A stretch of DNA of 64,000 nucleotides from Deinococcales bacterium (GCA_031414595.1 JANNVX010000033.1:5276-69275); one strand, 5' to 3'; positions 19,564 through 29,680 are shown, counted from the stretch's first letter. The notes: generated from the sequence alone by a model not told the origin. A program made the numbers and translations.

Positions 19564-20325
19564 TTATAACCTCACCGAAACCCCTCGAGAAGCCAAATAC
19601 TCCTTGACCTCCCGCACCGAGTACGTTCCAAAATGAAAAACACTGGCTGCCAGTGCAGCATCGGCTTTTCCAACAGTCAGGACATCATAAAAATCCTCGA
19701 GCGTCCCAGCCCCACCCGAAGCCACGATTGGCAAATCCACTTCGGCTTTGACCGCCGCGCATAACTCGAGGTCATAGCCTTTTTTTGTGCCATCACCATC
19801 AATGCTGTTCAGCACAATTTCCCCAGCCCCGAGGCTCTGCGCTCTTGCCGCCCACTCGAGCGCATCTAAGCCAGTCGGTTCACGTCCGCCTTTAATAAAG
19901 GTTTCCCAGCCCTTACCATTGGCGCGGCGCTTGACTTGCATACTTAAGACCACGCATTGACTGCCAAAATGCTCCGATGCGGCTCGTATCAGGTCTGGGT
20001 TTTTGACTGCACCTGTGTCTATGCTGACCTTGTCTGCTCCTGCCAAGGTCAATTTACGAAAATCCTCTAAAGTGGTCACGCCACCACCCACAGTTAAGGG
20101 CATAAAGATACTCTCGGCAACTTCTGTCAGCGTCTCGTAAATCAGTCCGCGTCCGTCTGAACTGGCGGTAATATCGTAGAACACCAGTTCATCCGCCGAT
20201 TGCGCGTCATAACGCCTGCATAACTCGAGCGGGTCGCCAACATCGCGGACATTTTGATACTGCACGCCCCTTGTGACTTTTCCTTGGTCAATGTCGAGGC
20301 AGGGGATGATACGTTTATAAATCAC
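19564..20325 (-). CDS. hisF: Imidazole glycerol phosphate synthase cyclase subunit
   Basis: [42 protein letters not shown]. Confidence 0.96.
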   Translation of the reverse strand: MIYKRIIPCLDIDQGKVTRGVQYQNVRDVGDPLELCRRYDAQSADELVFYDITASSDGRGLIYETLTEVAESIFMPLTVGGGVTTLEDFRKLTLAGADKVSIDTGAVKNPDLIRAASEHFGSQCVVLSMQVKRRANGKGWETFIKGGREPTGLDALEWAARAQSLGAGEIVLNSIDGDGTKKGYDLELCAAVKAEVDLPIVASGGAGTLEDFYDVLTVGKADAALAASVFHFGTYSVREVKEYLASRGVSVRL

Positions 20326-20401
20326 GGGTCAATTCTAACAAGTCAATACGGTAATTTGCCTATCTGCTAAAAGCTAATTTAGGCGTATAATTCTGTTTAG
20401 C

Positions 20402-21058
20402 ATGAAACCAGATTCTAAGACACATCTATCCATGACCAAACTCGAGTATCCTAAACATCAGATGTTTACCTCCAGTTCACAGTCAGGTCGCTATTCGGCT
20501 CGCGCCTTGAATGTGGGCGGTGGAGTGGTTGACTTGACCGCAGGGCTAAGGGCTGCCGCCGAGGACATTGTGGCTCGAGTCCCAGAACTTGGACATATAG
20601 ACCTTGAACGGGTGCATTTTGCGGTCTTTTACTCGAGACACGCCAAACGAATCCTGACTTTTGCCCGTTGCTACCCTCTGCCAAGCGGAACTCGGAAACG
20701 TGGACGTTACACTTACCGACTCGAGACAGTCAACACCGAGTACGGTAAAAAAGCCCGTTATATTGTTGCCTTTGCTTGGGAGCGTTTCTGGGGACTAAGC
20801 CCCCGAGACCGCCTCGAGACGCTTGTACACGAACTGTTTCATATCTCTCCAGCCTTTGATGGTACGTTGCGGCAATTTGGCGATAAGGTTCACGGCAGGG
20901 GGCTTGAATGGTTTGACACCATCGTTTATGCCCTGTCCGAACTCTATTTACCGCACGGCACGGAACTCGAGCATCAAGCGTTAAGCCTGGAATTAAAACC
21001 CGGACTTGAAGTGACTTTTAATAAACTCAAACCCCCACGCTGGTTGGCAGAGCAGTAA
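20402..21058 (+). CDS. Putative zinc metallopeptidase (HExxH)
   Basis: ETLVHELFHISPAFDGTLR; start uncertain. Confidence 0.7.
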   Translation: MKPDSKTHLSMTKLEYPKHQMFTSSSQSGRYSARALNVGGGVVDLTAGLRAAAEDIVARVPELGHIDLERVHFAVFYSRHAKRILTFARCYPLPSGTRKRGRYTYRLETVNTEYGKKARYIVAFAWERFWGLSPRDRLETLVHELFHISPAFDGTLRQFGDKVHGRGLEWFDTIVYALSELYLPHGTELEHQALSLELKPGLEVTFNKLKPPRWLAEQ

Positions 21059-21061
21059 AGG

Positions 21062-21118
21062 GCTATGGGCTATGAGTCTTGAGCTTTGAGGGTTTTGCCT
21101 TTTTCCCCTTTTCCCCTT
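21062..21118. repeat. Solo heptamer arrays (GCTATGA-type followed by GCCTTTT-type)
   Basis: GCTATGG GCTATGA GTCTTGA GCTTTGA ... GCCTTTT TCCCCTT. Confidence 0.7.
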
Positions 21119-21129
21119 AGACTGCTCTT

Positions 21130-22071
21130 ATGAAGCACTCTTTTAAGGTGGCGACGGCATTCTGCGCGGTTTTACTTCTGCTTATGGCAGCAACTTTAGC
21201 CCAGACAACGACTTACCCAATGGTGGTTAAGCATGATGGGGGCGAAGCCAAAATAGCCCAACGACCACAAAAGATTGTGGTCTTGGGTGCAATTTCGCTC
21301 GAGGTGGCTTTGGCTTTGGGGTTACAACCGGTTGGTTATGGCAGCACCCCGCCGTATGTGCCGGAAAATGCCGAGCTTGGCAAGCCCATCGAGAGTATTC
21401 CCGCTTATGCCAAACTGATTAAAACCATGCCTGTCTTGGTTGGTTCTTCGAGTAATCCTTCGCTCGAGGCAATCAAAGCCCTTGGTGCAGACTTAATCAT
21501 CTCAGATGCTAGGTTCACCGAACTGAACACCAAATTAGATGACCTTGCTCCGACCCTTGCTTTTAATTTCTCGAGTGTCGGTTCTTCACAACGCGCCATG
21601 GATGCCCTTGGACTGGCGACAGGGCGTTCGGCTCGAGTGGCGGAAGTCAAACGCAACTTGGAGCGCACCGTGGCAATCAACAAAGCCTTATTGCAAGATG
21701 TGGTGACAAAAGGCAAACGCATGAACATTTTTTTTGTGACCACCGATTCGGTCTTTCGGGGTGGTGTGGCATCCGACACAGGGCGGCAAATGACCTCTTT
21801 GGGATTTGAAGTGGTTGGCGTTAATAAGGATTCTAATTTGGATAAGGTTTCGCTCGAGTCGCTACCGTTACAACGGGCAAATGTTGGTCTAATCATCATG
21901 AGCGCGATTGCCCCAGAAACCCGTAAAGCTCAAGTGCTGGGCTTACTGAAAAAAAGCAGCATCACCAAATTATTTCGTTATGATTTACGGGCAGACCGTT
22001 TAATCACTGGTCCAATTTCCGAACCACTACTGCTTGACGAATACACTAAATTACTGCGCGGAGGCTCTTGA
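21130..22071 (+). CDS. Iron-siderophore/cobalamin-type ABC substrate-binding protein
   Basis: Signal peptide, PQKIVVL, ALGLQPVG, PSLEAIKALGADLII. Confidence 0.82.
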   Translation: MKHSFKVATAFCAVLLLLMAATLAQTTTYPMVVKHDGGEAKIAQRPQKIVVLGAISLEVALALGLQPVGYGSTPPYVPENAELGKPIESIPAYAKLIKTMPVLVGSSSNPSLEAIKALGADLIISDARFTELNTKLDDLAPTLAFNFSSVGSSQRAMDALGLATGRSARVAEVKRNLERTVAINKALLQDVVTKGKRMNIFFVTTDSVFRGGVASDTGRQMTSLGFEVVGVNKDSNLDKVSLESLPLQRANVGLIIMSAIAPETRKAQVLGLLKKSSITKLFRYDLRADRLITGPISEPLLLDEYTKLLRGGS

Positions 22072-22109
22072 TGCGTCCTTGGTTGTTGTTGCTCTCGAGC
22101 CAAATAAGT

Positions 22110-22559
22110 TTAGTACCAATTGTGTGATGCCACCGCCACACCAACCCCAAGCAAAAAACCGACAAAAACCTCAAAATAGGTATGCCCCAAAAGCTCCTTT
22201 AAGGGCTTAGGCGCAAAACCCTCACGCAGCACCGCCTCGAGTTCCTGAACCAAGTCGTTTAAGACCTCGGCTTGCATTCCACTGGCACGGCGAATCCCTG
22301 TGGCATCGTACATTACAATACTGCCAAAAATTGCCGCAATTGCAAAATATCCACTTCCCCAACCAAACTCAAGACCACACATCACCGCCAGAGCCGCTAC
22401 CGAAGCGGTGTGTGACGAGGGCATTCCGCCTGTCTCGAGGAAACGCTCTGGTATCCATTTGCGTTCGCTTAAAAGAATCAGCAGAACCTTTAAGACTTGG
22501 GCTAAAGTCGAGGCAAGAAGGGCAGTCCAAAGCACTTGGTTACTCATTAGGGCTTGCAT
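22110..22559 (-). CDS. Divergent PAP2 family (DUF212) membrane protein
   Basis: GGMPSSHTA, VMYDATGIRR, LKELLGHT. Confidence 0.92.
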   Translation of the reverse strand: MQALMSNQVLWTALLASTLAQVLKVLLILLSERKWIPERFLETGGMPSSHTASVAALAVMCGLEFGWGSGYFAIAAIFGSIVMYDATGIRRASGMQAEVLNDLVQELEAVLREGFAPKPLKELLGHTYFEVFVGFLLGVGVAVASHNWY

Positions 22560-22631
22560 GAACAACAGTCTACCAAGTTATGGCAGCCAGCAACACCAGA
22601 CCAGCCTGTACAAAACAAAACCATCAAACAA

Positions 22632-22657
22632 AGAAGCCCCTTTATCAGGGGCTTTCT
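22632..22657 (-). terminator. Terminator after tRNA-Asn
   Basis: AAGCCCC-TTTATCA-GGGGCTT hairpin. Confidence 0.65.
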
Positions 22658-22659
22658 CT

Positions 22660-22734
22660 TGGCTCGGAAGGTAGGGATCGAACCTACGACCGATCGGTTA
22701 ACAGCCGATTGCTCTACCGCTGAGCTACTTCCGA
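22660..22734 (-). tRNA. tRNA-Asn(GTT)
   Basis: TCGGAAG-TAGCTCAGCGGTAGAGCA-ATCGGCT GTT AACCGAT...GTTCGATCC...CTTCCGA-G-CCA cloverleaf. Confidence 0.96.
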
Positions 22735-22884
22735 ACACGGTAACGCGTTTGAAAATTTATCATGACTTTTTGAAAAACGCAATACCCCCCGTTTAAGGTG
22801 TGAATCACAGCTTCTCGAGTTTTGGCTTTTATTTGGGTACTTGACGTTGGGCTTAATAGCGTGTATCTTTTGTTGCCCGCGAGT

Positions 22885-22971
<87 letters not shown>

Positions 22972-22997
22972 CCTTGACCACGACTTGGATTTGTTTT

Positions 22998-24797
22998 CTA
23001 AGTCGTGGTTTGCCCCACCAAATCGCAGAATTCATCTACTCGAGACCGAATCTGATCTAAGCTCGAGCGCCAGAAATCTGGGGTGCGGAGGTCAATGCCA
23101 AAACCACTGGCAAGGGTGGCAGCGTCTGCCAGTCCAGTAGATGAAAGCAGGGTGTCGTACTTGGTTTTGAAGCTTTCTGGGTTCTGTTGGTACTGAGCGT
23201 ATAACCCAAGCCCAAAGAGCAGCCCAAAGGTGTACGGATAATTATAGAAACTCAGTCCAGCGCTGTAATAATGCCCTTTGACTGCCCACATATATGGGTG
23301 ATAGGTGCTGGCATCTAAGCCGTCGCCGTAGGTCTCGAGTTGTGCCTCGAGCATCAGGTTTTTAAGTTCGGCGACCGACAATTCACGCGCTTCGCGAGCC
23401 TTAAAAACCCGACTTTCAAATAAGAATCGGCTGTGGATGTCCACCACAACTTGGGTTTGTCCTTGCAGTTCAGTGTCTAAAATGTAGAGCTTCTCTAATG
23501 TCTTGGCTTCTTTTAAGGCAGCGTTAGAAACAATTGTTTCACAAAAAATACTAGCGGTTTCGGCAAGGGTCATCGGGGTTTGGCGTTGTAGGGGCGCACG
23601 GTCTTTTAAGCAGAGGTTGTGGTAGCCATGTCCGAGTTCATGGGCAAGGGTGGATAAACTGTCTAAGCTCGGTTCAAAATTCATTAAGATACGGCTTTCG
23701 TCATCGCGTACCGACATGCAGAACGCCCCATCGCGTTTACCGGGGCGCGGGGCAGCATCTATCCAGTTCTCACTTAAACTGCGCCGTGCAAAAGCCTCGA
23801 GTTTTGGGCTGTACGTTCCAAACTGCGTCGCAATAAACTCTGAACCTTCCGCCCATTCCCATGACTTACCGGGTTCACCAACAGGAGCAAGCATGTCGTA
23901 CCAATTTAAGGCATTCGAGCCGAGCAATTTGGCTTTGGCTTTTAAGTAGCGCCTAAAGTCTGGAAAAGACTCGGTACAGGCTTGGTGCATGGCATCTAAG
24001 GTCTGACGGTCTATGTTGGCGCTGTGCAGACTTGGTGTGATGGCATCGCTAAAGCCTCGTCTGGCATTGACCACACCTACTTCGCCTTTGATGCTGTTTA
24101 ACGCGGCGGCTAGTGGCACTTCTACGGTTTGCCACGCCTCGAGTTCCGCCGTGTATGCAGCTTTGCGCCGCGCCGTATCGGGGCTTCGGGCGGCGGCTCG
24201 AGTGGCACTCATCGGGATGGATTCATTCTGCACCATCACTTCTAAACGACTGACGATGTTGCCATGTAATTTAGCCCAGGCACTCGAGGCACTGGGGCTT
24301 AAACTGCTGCGTAAATCCTCTTCTTCTGGACTCATTTGGTGTTTAGCCGCAAACTGCATTTTCTGCAAGGCAAAGGTGTACTCCCTTATATTTGCAGAAA
24401 ACTGAAAAGTGCCATCCAAGTCTATACTGCCAATCCAAGCTGCCAAGCGCGTGTACAACTTATTTTGACGCACATAAAAAAGTTGTAACTCAGAAGCCTT
24501 GGCTTGGGCAAAGTCGTTTCTTGAATTGGTGCTGGTAAAACAATGAATATAGGCAGACACCAAACGCACTTTTTCGGCTAAAGAATTGAGGCTCTGTAAC
24601 ACCATCTCGAGTGACTGAGCAGCCTCGGCTGGCTTTGGGCTGGTCTCGAGTTTTTTAATTTTCTGTTGCTCGAATAGCGCCTCGAGTGCCGTTAAATCGC
24701 TAAACAACCCTACAAAATCAGTCGTAAATTCGGCGGAATCAAGGGCTGGATAAAAGGCAGTCGTGTTCCATTCGGGCAGGGATTGAATTTGGCTCAT
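22998..24797 (-). CDS. M3B oligoendopeptidase F
   Basis: GKRDGAFC, TLAHELGHGYH, LAETASIF, FYNYPYTFG. Confidence 0.93.
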   Translation of the reverse strand: MSQIQSLPEWNTTAFYPALDSAEFTTDFVGLFSDLTALEALFEQQKIKKLETSPKPAEAAQSLEMVLQSLNSLAEKVRLVSAYIHCFTSTNSRNDFAQAKASELQLFYVRQNKLYTRLAAWIGSIDLDGTFQFSANIREYTFALQKMQFAAKHQMSPEEEDLRSSLSPSASSAWAKLHGNIVSRLEVMVQNESIPMSATRAAARSPDTARRKAAYTAELEAWQTVEVPLAAALNSIKGEVGVVNARRGFSDAITPSLHSANIDRQTLDAMHQACTESFPDFRRYLKAKAKLLGSNALNWYDMLAPVGEPGKSWEWAEGSEFIATQFGTYSPKLEAFARRSLSENWIDAAPRPGKRDGAFCMSVRDDESRILMNFEPSLDSLSTLAHELGHGYHNLCLKDRAPLQRQTPMTLAETASIFCETIVSNAALKEAKTLEKLYILDTELQGQTQVVVDIHSRFLFESRVFKAREARELSVAELKNLMLEAQLETYGDGLDASTYHPYMWAVKGHYYSAGLSFYNYPYTFGLLFGLGLYAQYQQNPESFKTKYDTLLSSTGLADAATLASGFGIDLRTPDFWRSSLDQIRSRVDEFCDLVGQTTT

Positions 24798-24851
24798 GGG
24801 GAAGAAGTATAAAACATCTCAACTTTAAGAATCAGGGGGTAATGATGGTTA

Positions 24852-25748
24852 TCAGGTTTCTTTGCGTCCTGTAAAAATCGAAAGTAACCTTTGATGCCAT
24901 GGGACTTTATGATGCTGCACAAAACTCTGGGTGGCGACTTTAGAACCCACATCCTGTCCGTAGTGCTGACTTAAATTAAAGCGGTGATCCATCATAAAAA
25001 TATATAAATCGGCTTCGGTGCGGTTTGGGAAGCTCTCCAAGGCATTGACTTCACGCATTTCGTCCACCATACGTTTGTAAAGTCTCGAGTACCAGCTTTC
25101 TACGGCTTCGGCTTGGCTAATATCACGTTTTAAGTTTAAGCCCAAAAAATACTGGCGCTTTTCGATGTGGTCAAGCAAAATATCGTAACGTCCGGGCGTG
25201 GTAAAGCGAATTTCTTCGTGGTCTGGGACAATTTGGGGCAAATTTGTGCTTTGTAAAAACTGGGCATATTCGCCTTTGATAATAAAATCCTTGATGTCAT
25301 CGCCTTTTTCGGGGGCAATCGGCACATCAAGTTCAATCACCTCGGCATCAATAAATTTTTGCCCCTCGAGATGCCCAACACTGACGCGGTGGTTTCCGTC
25401 TTTGACAAAGTAGGTTTCGCCGACCTTATAGACTTGAATGGCGGGCATTTCTTTACCCTCGAGTTTTAAGCGCCGAATGTTTGTCCAACGTTCTTTTAAG
25501 TGGTCGGCTCGAGGAAAAAAAGCCTCATCAAAATCACGATACCGGTCTACACTGCCAATGATTTGGTCTATGGCGATGGTCTGAATCCCTCGGTAATGCT
25601 CGGCGGTTGGATGTAGATGTTTGACGGCATCAAAAGGCAATAAGTCGTTGTCTTCGCCACGTAACCAGGCGCTTAAATCGGCTAACCACGATTTTCGGCG
25701 TGCGGTTTTTAAGTCGTGTTCTGCTTGTTGTTCAAACCATCCCATCAA
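24852..25748 (-). CDS. ParB/Srx-fold protein (DUF4032-like C-terminus)
   Basis: IIGSVDRYRDFD, YFVKDGNHRVSV, FPNRTEADLY. Confidence 0.7.
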   Translation of the reverse strand: MMGWFEQQAEHDLKTARRKSWLADLSAWLRGEDNDLLPFDAVKHLHPTAEHYRGIQTIAIDQIIGSVDRYRDFDEAFFPRADHLKERWTNIRRLKLEGKEMPAIQVYKVGETYFVKDGNHRVSVGHLEGQKFIDAEVIELDVPIAPEKGDDIKDFIIKGEYAQFLQSTNLPQIVPDHEEIRFTTPGRYDILLDHIEKRQYFLGLNLKRDISQAEAVESWYSRLYKRMVDEMREVNALESFPNRTEADLYIFMMDHRFNLSQHYGQDVGSKVATQSFVQHHKVPWHQRLLSIFTGRKET

Positions 25749-25814
25749 TGCACCTTACAAGAAAAGCGTGAACCAAACATCAGCTTAGGTTGTGAAACCC
25801 TTTCACGACCCTGC

Positions 25815-26540
25815 TTAATCTGCTAAAACCGACGTGTCCGACGCAAAAACACTGGACTGAGGATTTGCTTTGAGACTCGAGCCAGCCGAACTTTGTGCAT
25901 TTGGCAATTCGAGTTCAAGCACCGTATAACCATAAGCATTGACAATTTTAGAACCGAAATCGGTCTGGTACTCGACTTTTTTGCCTTCATAGGCATGGAC
26001 ATGCCCATGTACCATCAGGGCTGGTTTATGGCGATTTAAGAACTCACCAATTTCTTTGCAACCTCGGTGGGCATGGTCTGTTCCCGCGTGTCGACCCGGC
26101 GGCGGGGCATGGGTTAAGAAAATATCAAAGGGCGTGGTTTTACGGCGTTTCTCGAGCCATAAACCCCATTCGAGTCTGCCCAGCCCCAGTTTGACTTGCG
26201 CCCCTGTGTACTGCCCGCCATCATTGCGTTCGTTGTAGCGCGGCGCACCACCCCAACCGATAATTCTAAAATCACCTGCCCTGATAAATTTACCATGGGC
26301 GTTGATTGCCCCGCCCGGGTCCACCATTTGCCCAAGATAATCCTTGACTTTTTCTTCGCCATGATTGCCATGCACAAAGACCACTGGACAAGTGCAACGG
26401 GTGGCAATAAATTCGATGTAATAGCCCGGTAAGTCCCCAGCAATCAAGACCAAATCAAGCGGCTCGAGACCACTTGGGAAGGTATCGCGGTAGATATACG
26501 GATGAACCATATCCGCCACCGCCAAAATGCGTTTAAGCAT
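25815..26540 (-). CDS. Metallophosphoesterase (calcineurin-like)
   Basis: AVAD, AGDL, HGNH, THAPP, HGHVH; likely start ATG 26540. Confidence 0.88.
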   Translation of the reverse strand: MLKRILAVADMVHPYIYRDTFPSGLEPLDLVLIAGDLPGYYIEFIATRCTCPVVFVHGNHGEEKVKDYLGQMVDPGGAINAHGKFIRAGDFRIIGWGGAPRYNERNDGGQYTGAQVKLGLGRLEWGLWLEKRRKTTPFDIFLTHAPPPGRHAGTDHAHRGCKEIGEFLNRHKPALMVHGHVHAYEGKKVEYQTDFGSKIVNAYGYTVLELELPNAQSSAGSSLKANPQSSVFASDTSVLAD

Positions 26541-26565
26541 ACGAATGACTGGTATTGTAACCCAC

Positions 26566-26608
26566 GCTGCTGACATTGCCAAGTCTTGTGCTGCTGACAT
26601 TGCCAAGT
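26566..26608. repeat. Direct repeat GCTGCTGACATTGCCAAGT x2 (period 24)
   Basis: Identical 19-mers at 26566 and 26590 in a divergent intergenic region. Confidence 0.85.
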
Positions 26609-26652
26609 GCGAATCTGAAACAAAAAACAAAATTTAGGTCTACACTATGACC

Positions 26653-27585
26653 ATGAAAAATTTGCAAACCTTGCTGTTGGGACTGCTTCTCACTTCGAGT
26701 TTGGTCTTGGCACAAAGTCTGCCCAGTGGCATAGAAGCCCAAATTGGGCAGCAATACCAAGCTGGAACTCGAGTCAACATTGCTAAACATGGTTTGTCAT
26801 TTATTGTTCCAAGCGCTTTTACGGGAACAACCGTGCTGAGTGCGGGCAGTCAAATCACCGTCTTGTCTCGAGCGCAAGATATTTCGGTGCTGGTTTGGGC
26901 TTTTTCTGGTCTCGAGCCTAGGGAAGCTGCCGTATGGCTGGCTTATCCAATTGAAATCAGCCAGAACCTCAAATTTCAACTTCAAGCCCCGCCAGTGACG
27001 CAAAATAACTTGGTTTATGCCTATCACACCAGCCCGCAACTCGATAGTCTAACCGTAATTGCTTTTGGGCAGAATAACGCGATTGGTTTTACAATTATCA
27101 GTGCCAAAAGCGCCAGCCAAGAATTATCTAGCATTGCCAATACCTTACTTGGCAATTTAGCCTTTGCCCCAAGCCCTACTTTTGAGACGGTACAACAACT
27201 TCGCCAAGGTTTAGGCGGCTTATACATGCTGCACTATTCGTTCAAGGCAGTTGGCTCAAGTGGTTTTGGCGGCACAGAGAACAAACGCCAATGGGATTTA
27301 TGTTCTAACGGCACATATGCTTATTTTGGTCGGGTCGAAAGCAGTTACACCACCAATAACCCCTATGCGGACACCAGTTTATCGGTTTTTAGCACCAGTG
27401 GAGCAAATGAAGTCGGCGTTTGGCGGGTTTTTGCAGTGAATGATGTCTACACCCTGCTGACCATTTCTAACCAAGGGGTCTTAGATTCGCATATTTTAAG
27501 TAATCTTGAACGAGCAAATGGAAAACTCCCATTCTTAAACGGCAAAGAACTTGGGGCGTTTGGACGCAGTAACGTTTGTCAGTGA
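26653..27585 (+). CDS. Secreted hypothetical protein (paralog 1)
   Basis: Signal peptide; TACACT-N6-ATG start; shares GGTENKRQWDLCSNG...GRVESSY with the next gene. Confidence 0.8.
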   Translation: MKNLQTLLLGLLLTSSLVLAQSLPSGIEAQIGQQYQAGTRVNIAKHGLSFIVPSAFTGTTVLSAGSQITVLSRAQDISVLVWAFSGLEPREAAVWLAYPIEISQNLKFQLQAPPVTQNNLVYAYHTSPQLDSLTVIAFGQNNAIGFTIISAKSASQELSSIANTLLGNLAFAPSPTFETVQQLRQGLGGLYMLHYSFKAVGSSGFGGTENKRQWDLCSNGTYAYFGRVESSYTTNNPYADTSLSVFSTSGANEVGVWRVFAVNDVYTLLTISNQGVLDSHILSNLERANGKLPFLNGKELGAFGRSNVCQ

Positions 27586-27593
27586 GGTCAAGT

Positions 27594-28937
27594 GTGAAAA
27601 AAATAATGATGCTGATTGTCGGTTTAGCGCTTCTAGTCTCGAGTTTTGTCTTGGCACAAAGCCTAAGTGGAACTTGGACACTTCGCACCCCAGAAGGACA
27701 AACCATCACCCTGAGCCTACAAGATTCAAATAGGCAAATTATCGGCAAGCTCAGCAACGGCGCAAACGTCTATGCTTTGCAAGGAAATTCGAGTGGTTCA
27801 AAAGCCGAAGGTTTGTATGAGGGGGCTGGAGAACAAGGTTTTTTTAGCCTGAGTGTCCAAGGTAATACCCTGAATTTTATTTTTGGTCAACTTGATGCCA
27901 ATGGACAAGCCAACACCAGCACCGCGCAGCAAGTGGTGTTTACTCGAGTTGCGGTCAGCAGCAAACCACCTGTTGCAGCCAGTAGCAAACCACCAGTCAC
28001 CGCCGCAAAACCAAGCAGCCCAAGCACCAATACCTCGAGCAGCATTACCCGAAGCCCCATTGCTGCCAAATTACCCAGTGGTACAAGCGCCCAAGCAGGT
28101 GCAAAATACACGGCGGGTACTCGAGTCAACTTGGTTAATCATGGGGTTTCTTTTGTTACCCCGAAAGGTTTTACTGGGCAAACAACGGCTACCGCCAATG
28201 GCAATGTGACGCTGTTTAGCCAAGGCAAAACCGCCAATATTTTCATTTGGGCATTTACGGGTTTAGAACCCAAAGATGCCAGTGCATGGCTTGAGTACCC
28301 GTTAGAATTGGATGCCAACCTAAAACTCGAGCCGCTTGGCACACCAAAAGTTGTTGGTGGGGTCTTGAGCGCCCGTCACACCCATCCTCAACTTGAATCA
28401 CAAACCAGTATAGTTTTTAGCAAAAGCAGCGCCATTGGCTTTACCGTCCTGACCAGCAAAGCCAGCCAAAACCAACTCGAGGGCATCAGCAAAAGCCTGA
28501 TTCAGACCAGCAAATTTGCCCCAAGTCAACTGGGGGATACCGTCAAGCGCTTAAAACTTGGTTTAAGTGGGCGGTACTTACTGCATTATTCTTTTACTGG
28601 CGCGGGAAGTGGTAATGTTGGCGGCACAGAAAATAAACGTCAATGGGATTTATGTTCAAACGGACAATACGCCTATACTGGCAGGGTCGAAAGCAGTTAC
28701 AGCAGCAATAATTACTGGGCTGGAACAAACACCAGTTTTTTTAGCAGCAACGGCGCAGACCAAGTTGGAGTCTGGCGGGTCTTTGCAATCAACGACCTGT
28801 TTTCATTGTTGACCATCTCGAGCCAAGGCACACTGGACTTGCGTTTATTGAGTAATCTTCAGGGTGCAGGTGGAAAATTACCGTTTTTAGATGGTAAAGA
28901 ACTTGGGGCTTATGGCAAAAGTAATAAATGTACCTAA
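27594..28937 (+). CDS. Secreted hypothetical protein (paralog 2, extra N-terminal beta domain and S/P/T linker)
   Basis: Signal peptide, LSGTW beta domain, SSKPPV linker repeats, C-terminal region homologous to paralog 1. Confidence 0.8.
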   Translation: MKKIMMLIVGLALLVSSFVLAQSLSGTWTLRTPEGQTITLSLQDSNRQIIGKLSNGANVYALQGNSSGSKAEGLYEGAGEQGFFSLSVQGNTLNFIFGQLDANGQANTSTAQQVVFTRVAVSSKPPVAASSKPPVTAAKPSSPSTNTSSSITRSPIAAKLPSGTSAQAGAKYTAGTRVNLVNHGVSFVTPKGFTGQTTATANGNVTLFSQGKTANIFIWAFTGLEPKDASAWLEYPLELDANLKLEPLGTPKVVGGVLSARHTHPQLESQTSIVFSKSSAIGFTVLTSKASQNQLEGISKSLIQTSKFAPSQLGDTVKRLKLGLSGRYLLHYSFTGAGSGNVGGTENKRQWDLCSNGQYAYTGRVESSYSSNNYWAGTNTSFFSSNGADQVGVWRVFAINDLFSLLTISSQGTLDLRLLSNLQGAGGKLPFLDGKELGAYGKSNKCT

Positions 28938-28963
28938 TAAGCGCAACCCTGTGCTTAAATTGC

Positions 28964-29674
28964 CTAACTGATTATCCGCCAACCACGTTCTTTTGCGACT
29001 ATTTCTAGGGTGCTGTCACCACTGGCAACAATTGCTTCTGCTGCCAATTCAAGCATGGGAATATCTGGCATCGTGTCGCCGTAGGCTATGGTTAAAACCT
29101 GCCCTGCTAAGAAATTCTCGAGTCCAAGGCGTTTTTCTAAACCCACCCGAATTTCGCCAATCACCAGCCCTGTAAGCCTCCCATTTTGTGTGGCAATCGG
29201 TGTACCAAGGGCTTCAAAGCCAAAAGGGGCAGCAAACGCCTCGAGGACTGGTTGGTATGTACCACTGGCAAGAATCACTTGGAAACCATTTTTTTTGGCT
29301 GTCTCGAGTTCTTGTAAAACACTGGGTCTGATTTTTGGCAGCAATTCATGTTCGGCAACCCAAGTGGCAACCTGCTTAAATTCTTCAACGCTTATGCCGG
29401 CAAAAAGCCGCATGATATTGGCTGTCCAACGGTTCTGAAATTCACGTTTGGAAATCAGACCGAGCTTGCTGCTTATAAATTGTGGCAACTGACTTACAAA
29501 AAATAACCAAAAATCTGTTTTGCGATTGTGCTGCTCTAAATAGGCTCGAATTCCACGCCAAGTTTCACCGACTGTTAGCGTTCCCTCGAGGTCAGAGGCA
29601 ATAATGATTTGACCAGATAGGCTCATGTCTCGATCAAAAGTACCGTTCATGTCTTGATCAAAAGTACCGTTCAT
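28964..29674 (-). CDS. HAD-IB family hydrolase
   Basis: SDLEGTL, LASG, AYGDTMPDIPML; start (29674, 29650 or 29626) ambiguous because of the tandem repeat. Confidence 0.85.
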   Translation of the reverse strand: MNGTFDQDMNGTFDRDMSLSGQIIIASDLEGTLTVGETWRGIRAYLEQHNRKTDFWLFFVSQLPQFISSKLGLISKREFQNRWTANIMRLFAGISVEEFKQVATWVAEHELLPKIRPSVLQELETAKKNGFQVILASGTYQPVLEAFAAPFGFEALGTPIATQNGRLTGLVIGEIRVGLEKRLGLENFLAGQVLTIAYGDTMPDIPMLELAAEAIVASGDSTLEIVAKERGWRIIS

Positions 29675-29680
29675 GTCTTG
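29623..29680. repeat. 24-bp tandem repeat (~2.4 copies) at a stop/start junction
   Basis: TCATGTCT(C/T)GATCAAAAGTACCGT x2 + TCATGTCTTG. Confidence 0.9.

Noticed and set aside
29623-29680. Possible CRISPR array (also 26566-26608)
   Set aside because: Only two to three units, no spacers of CRISPR length, and no cas genes in the window
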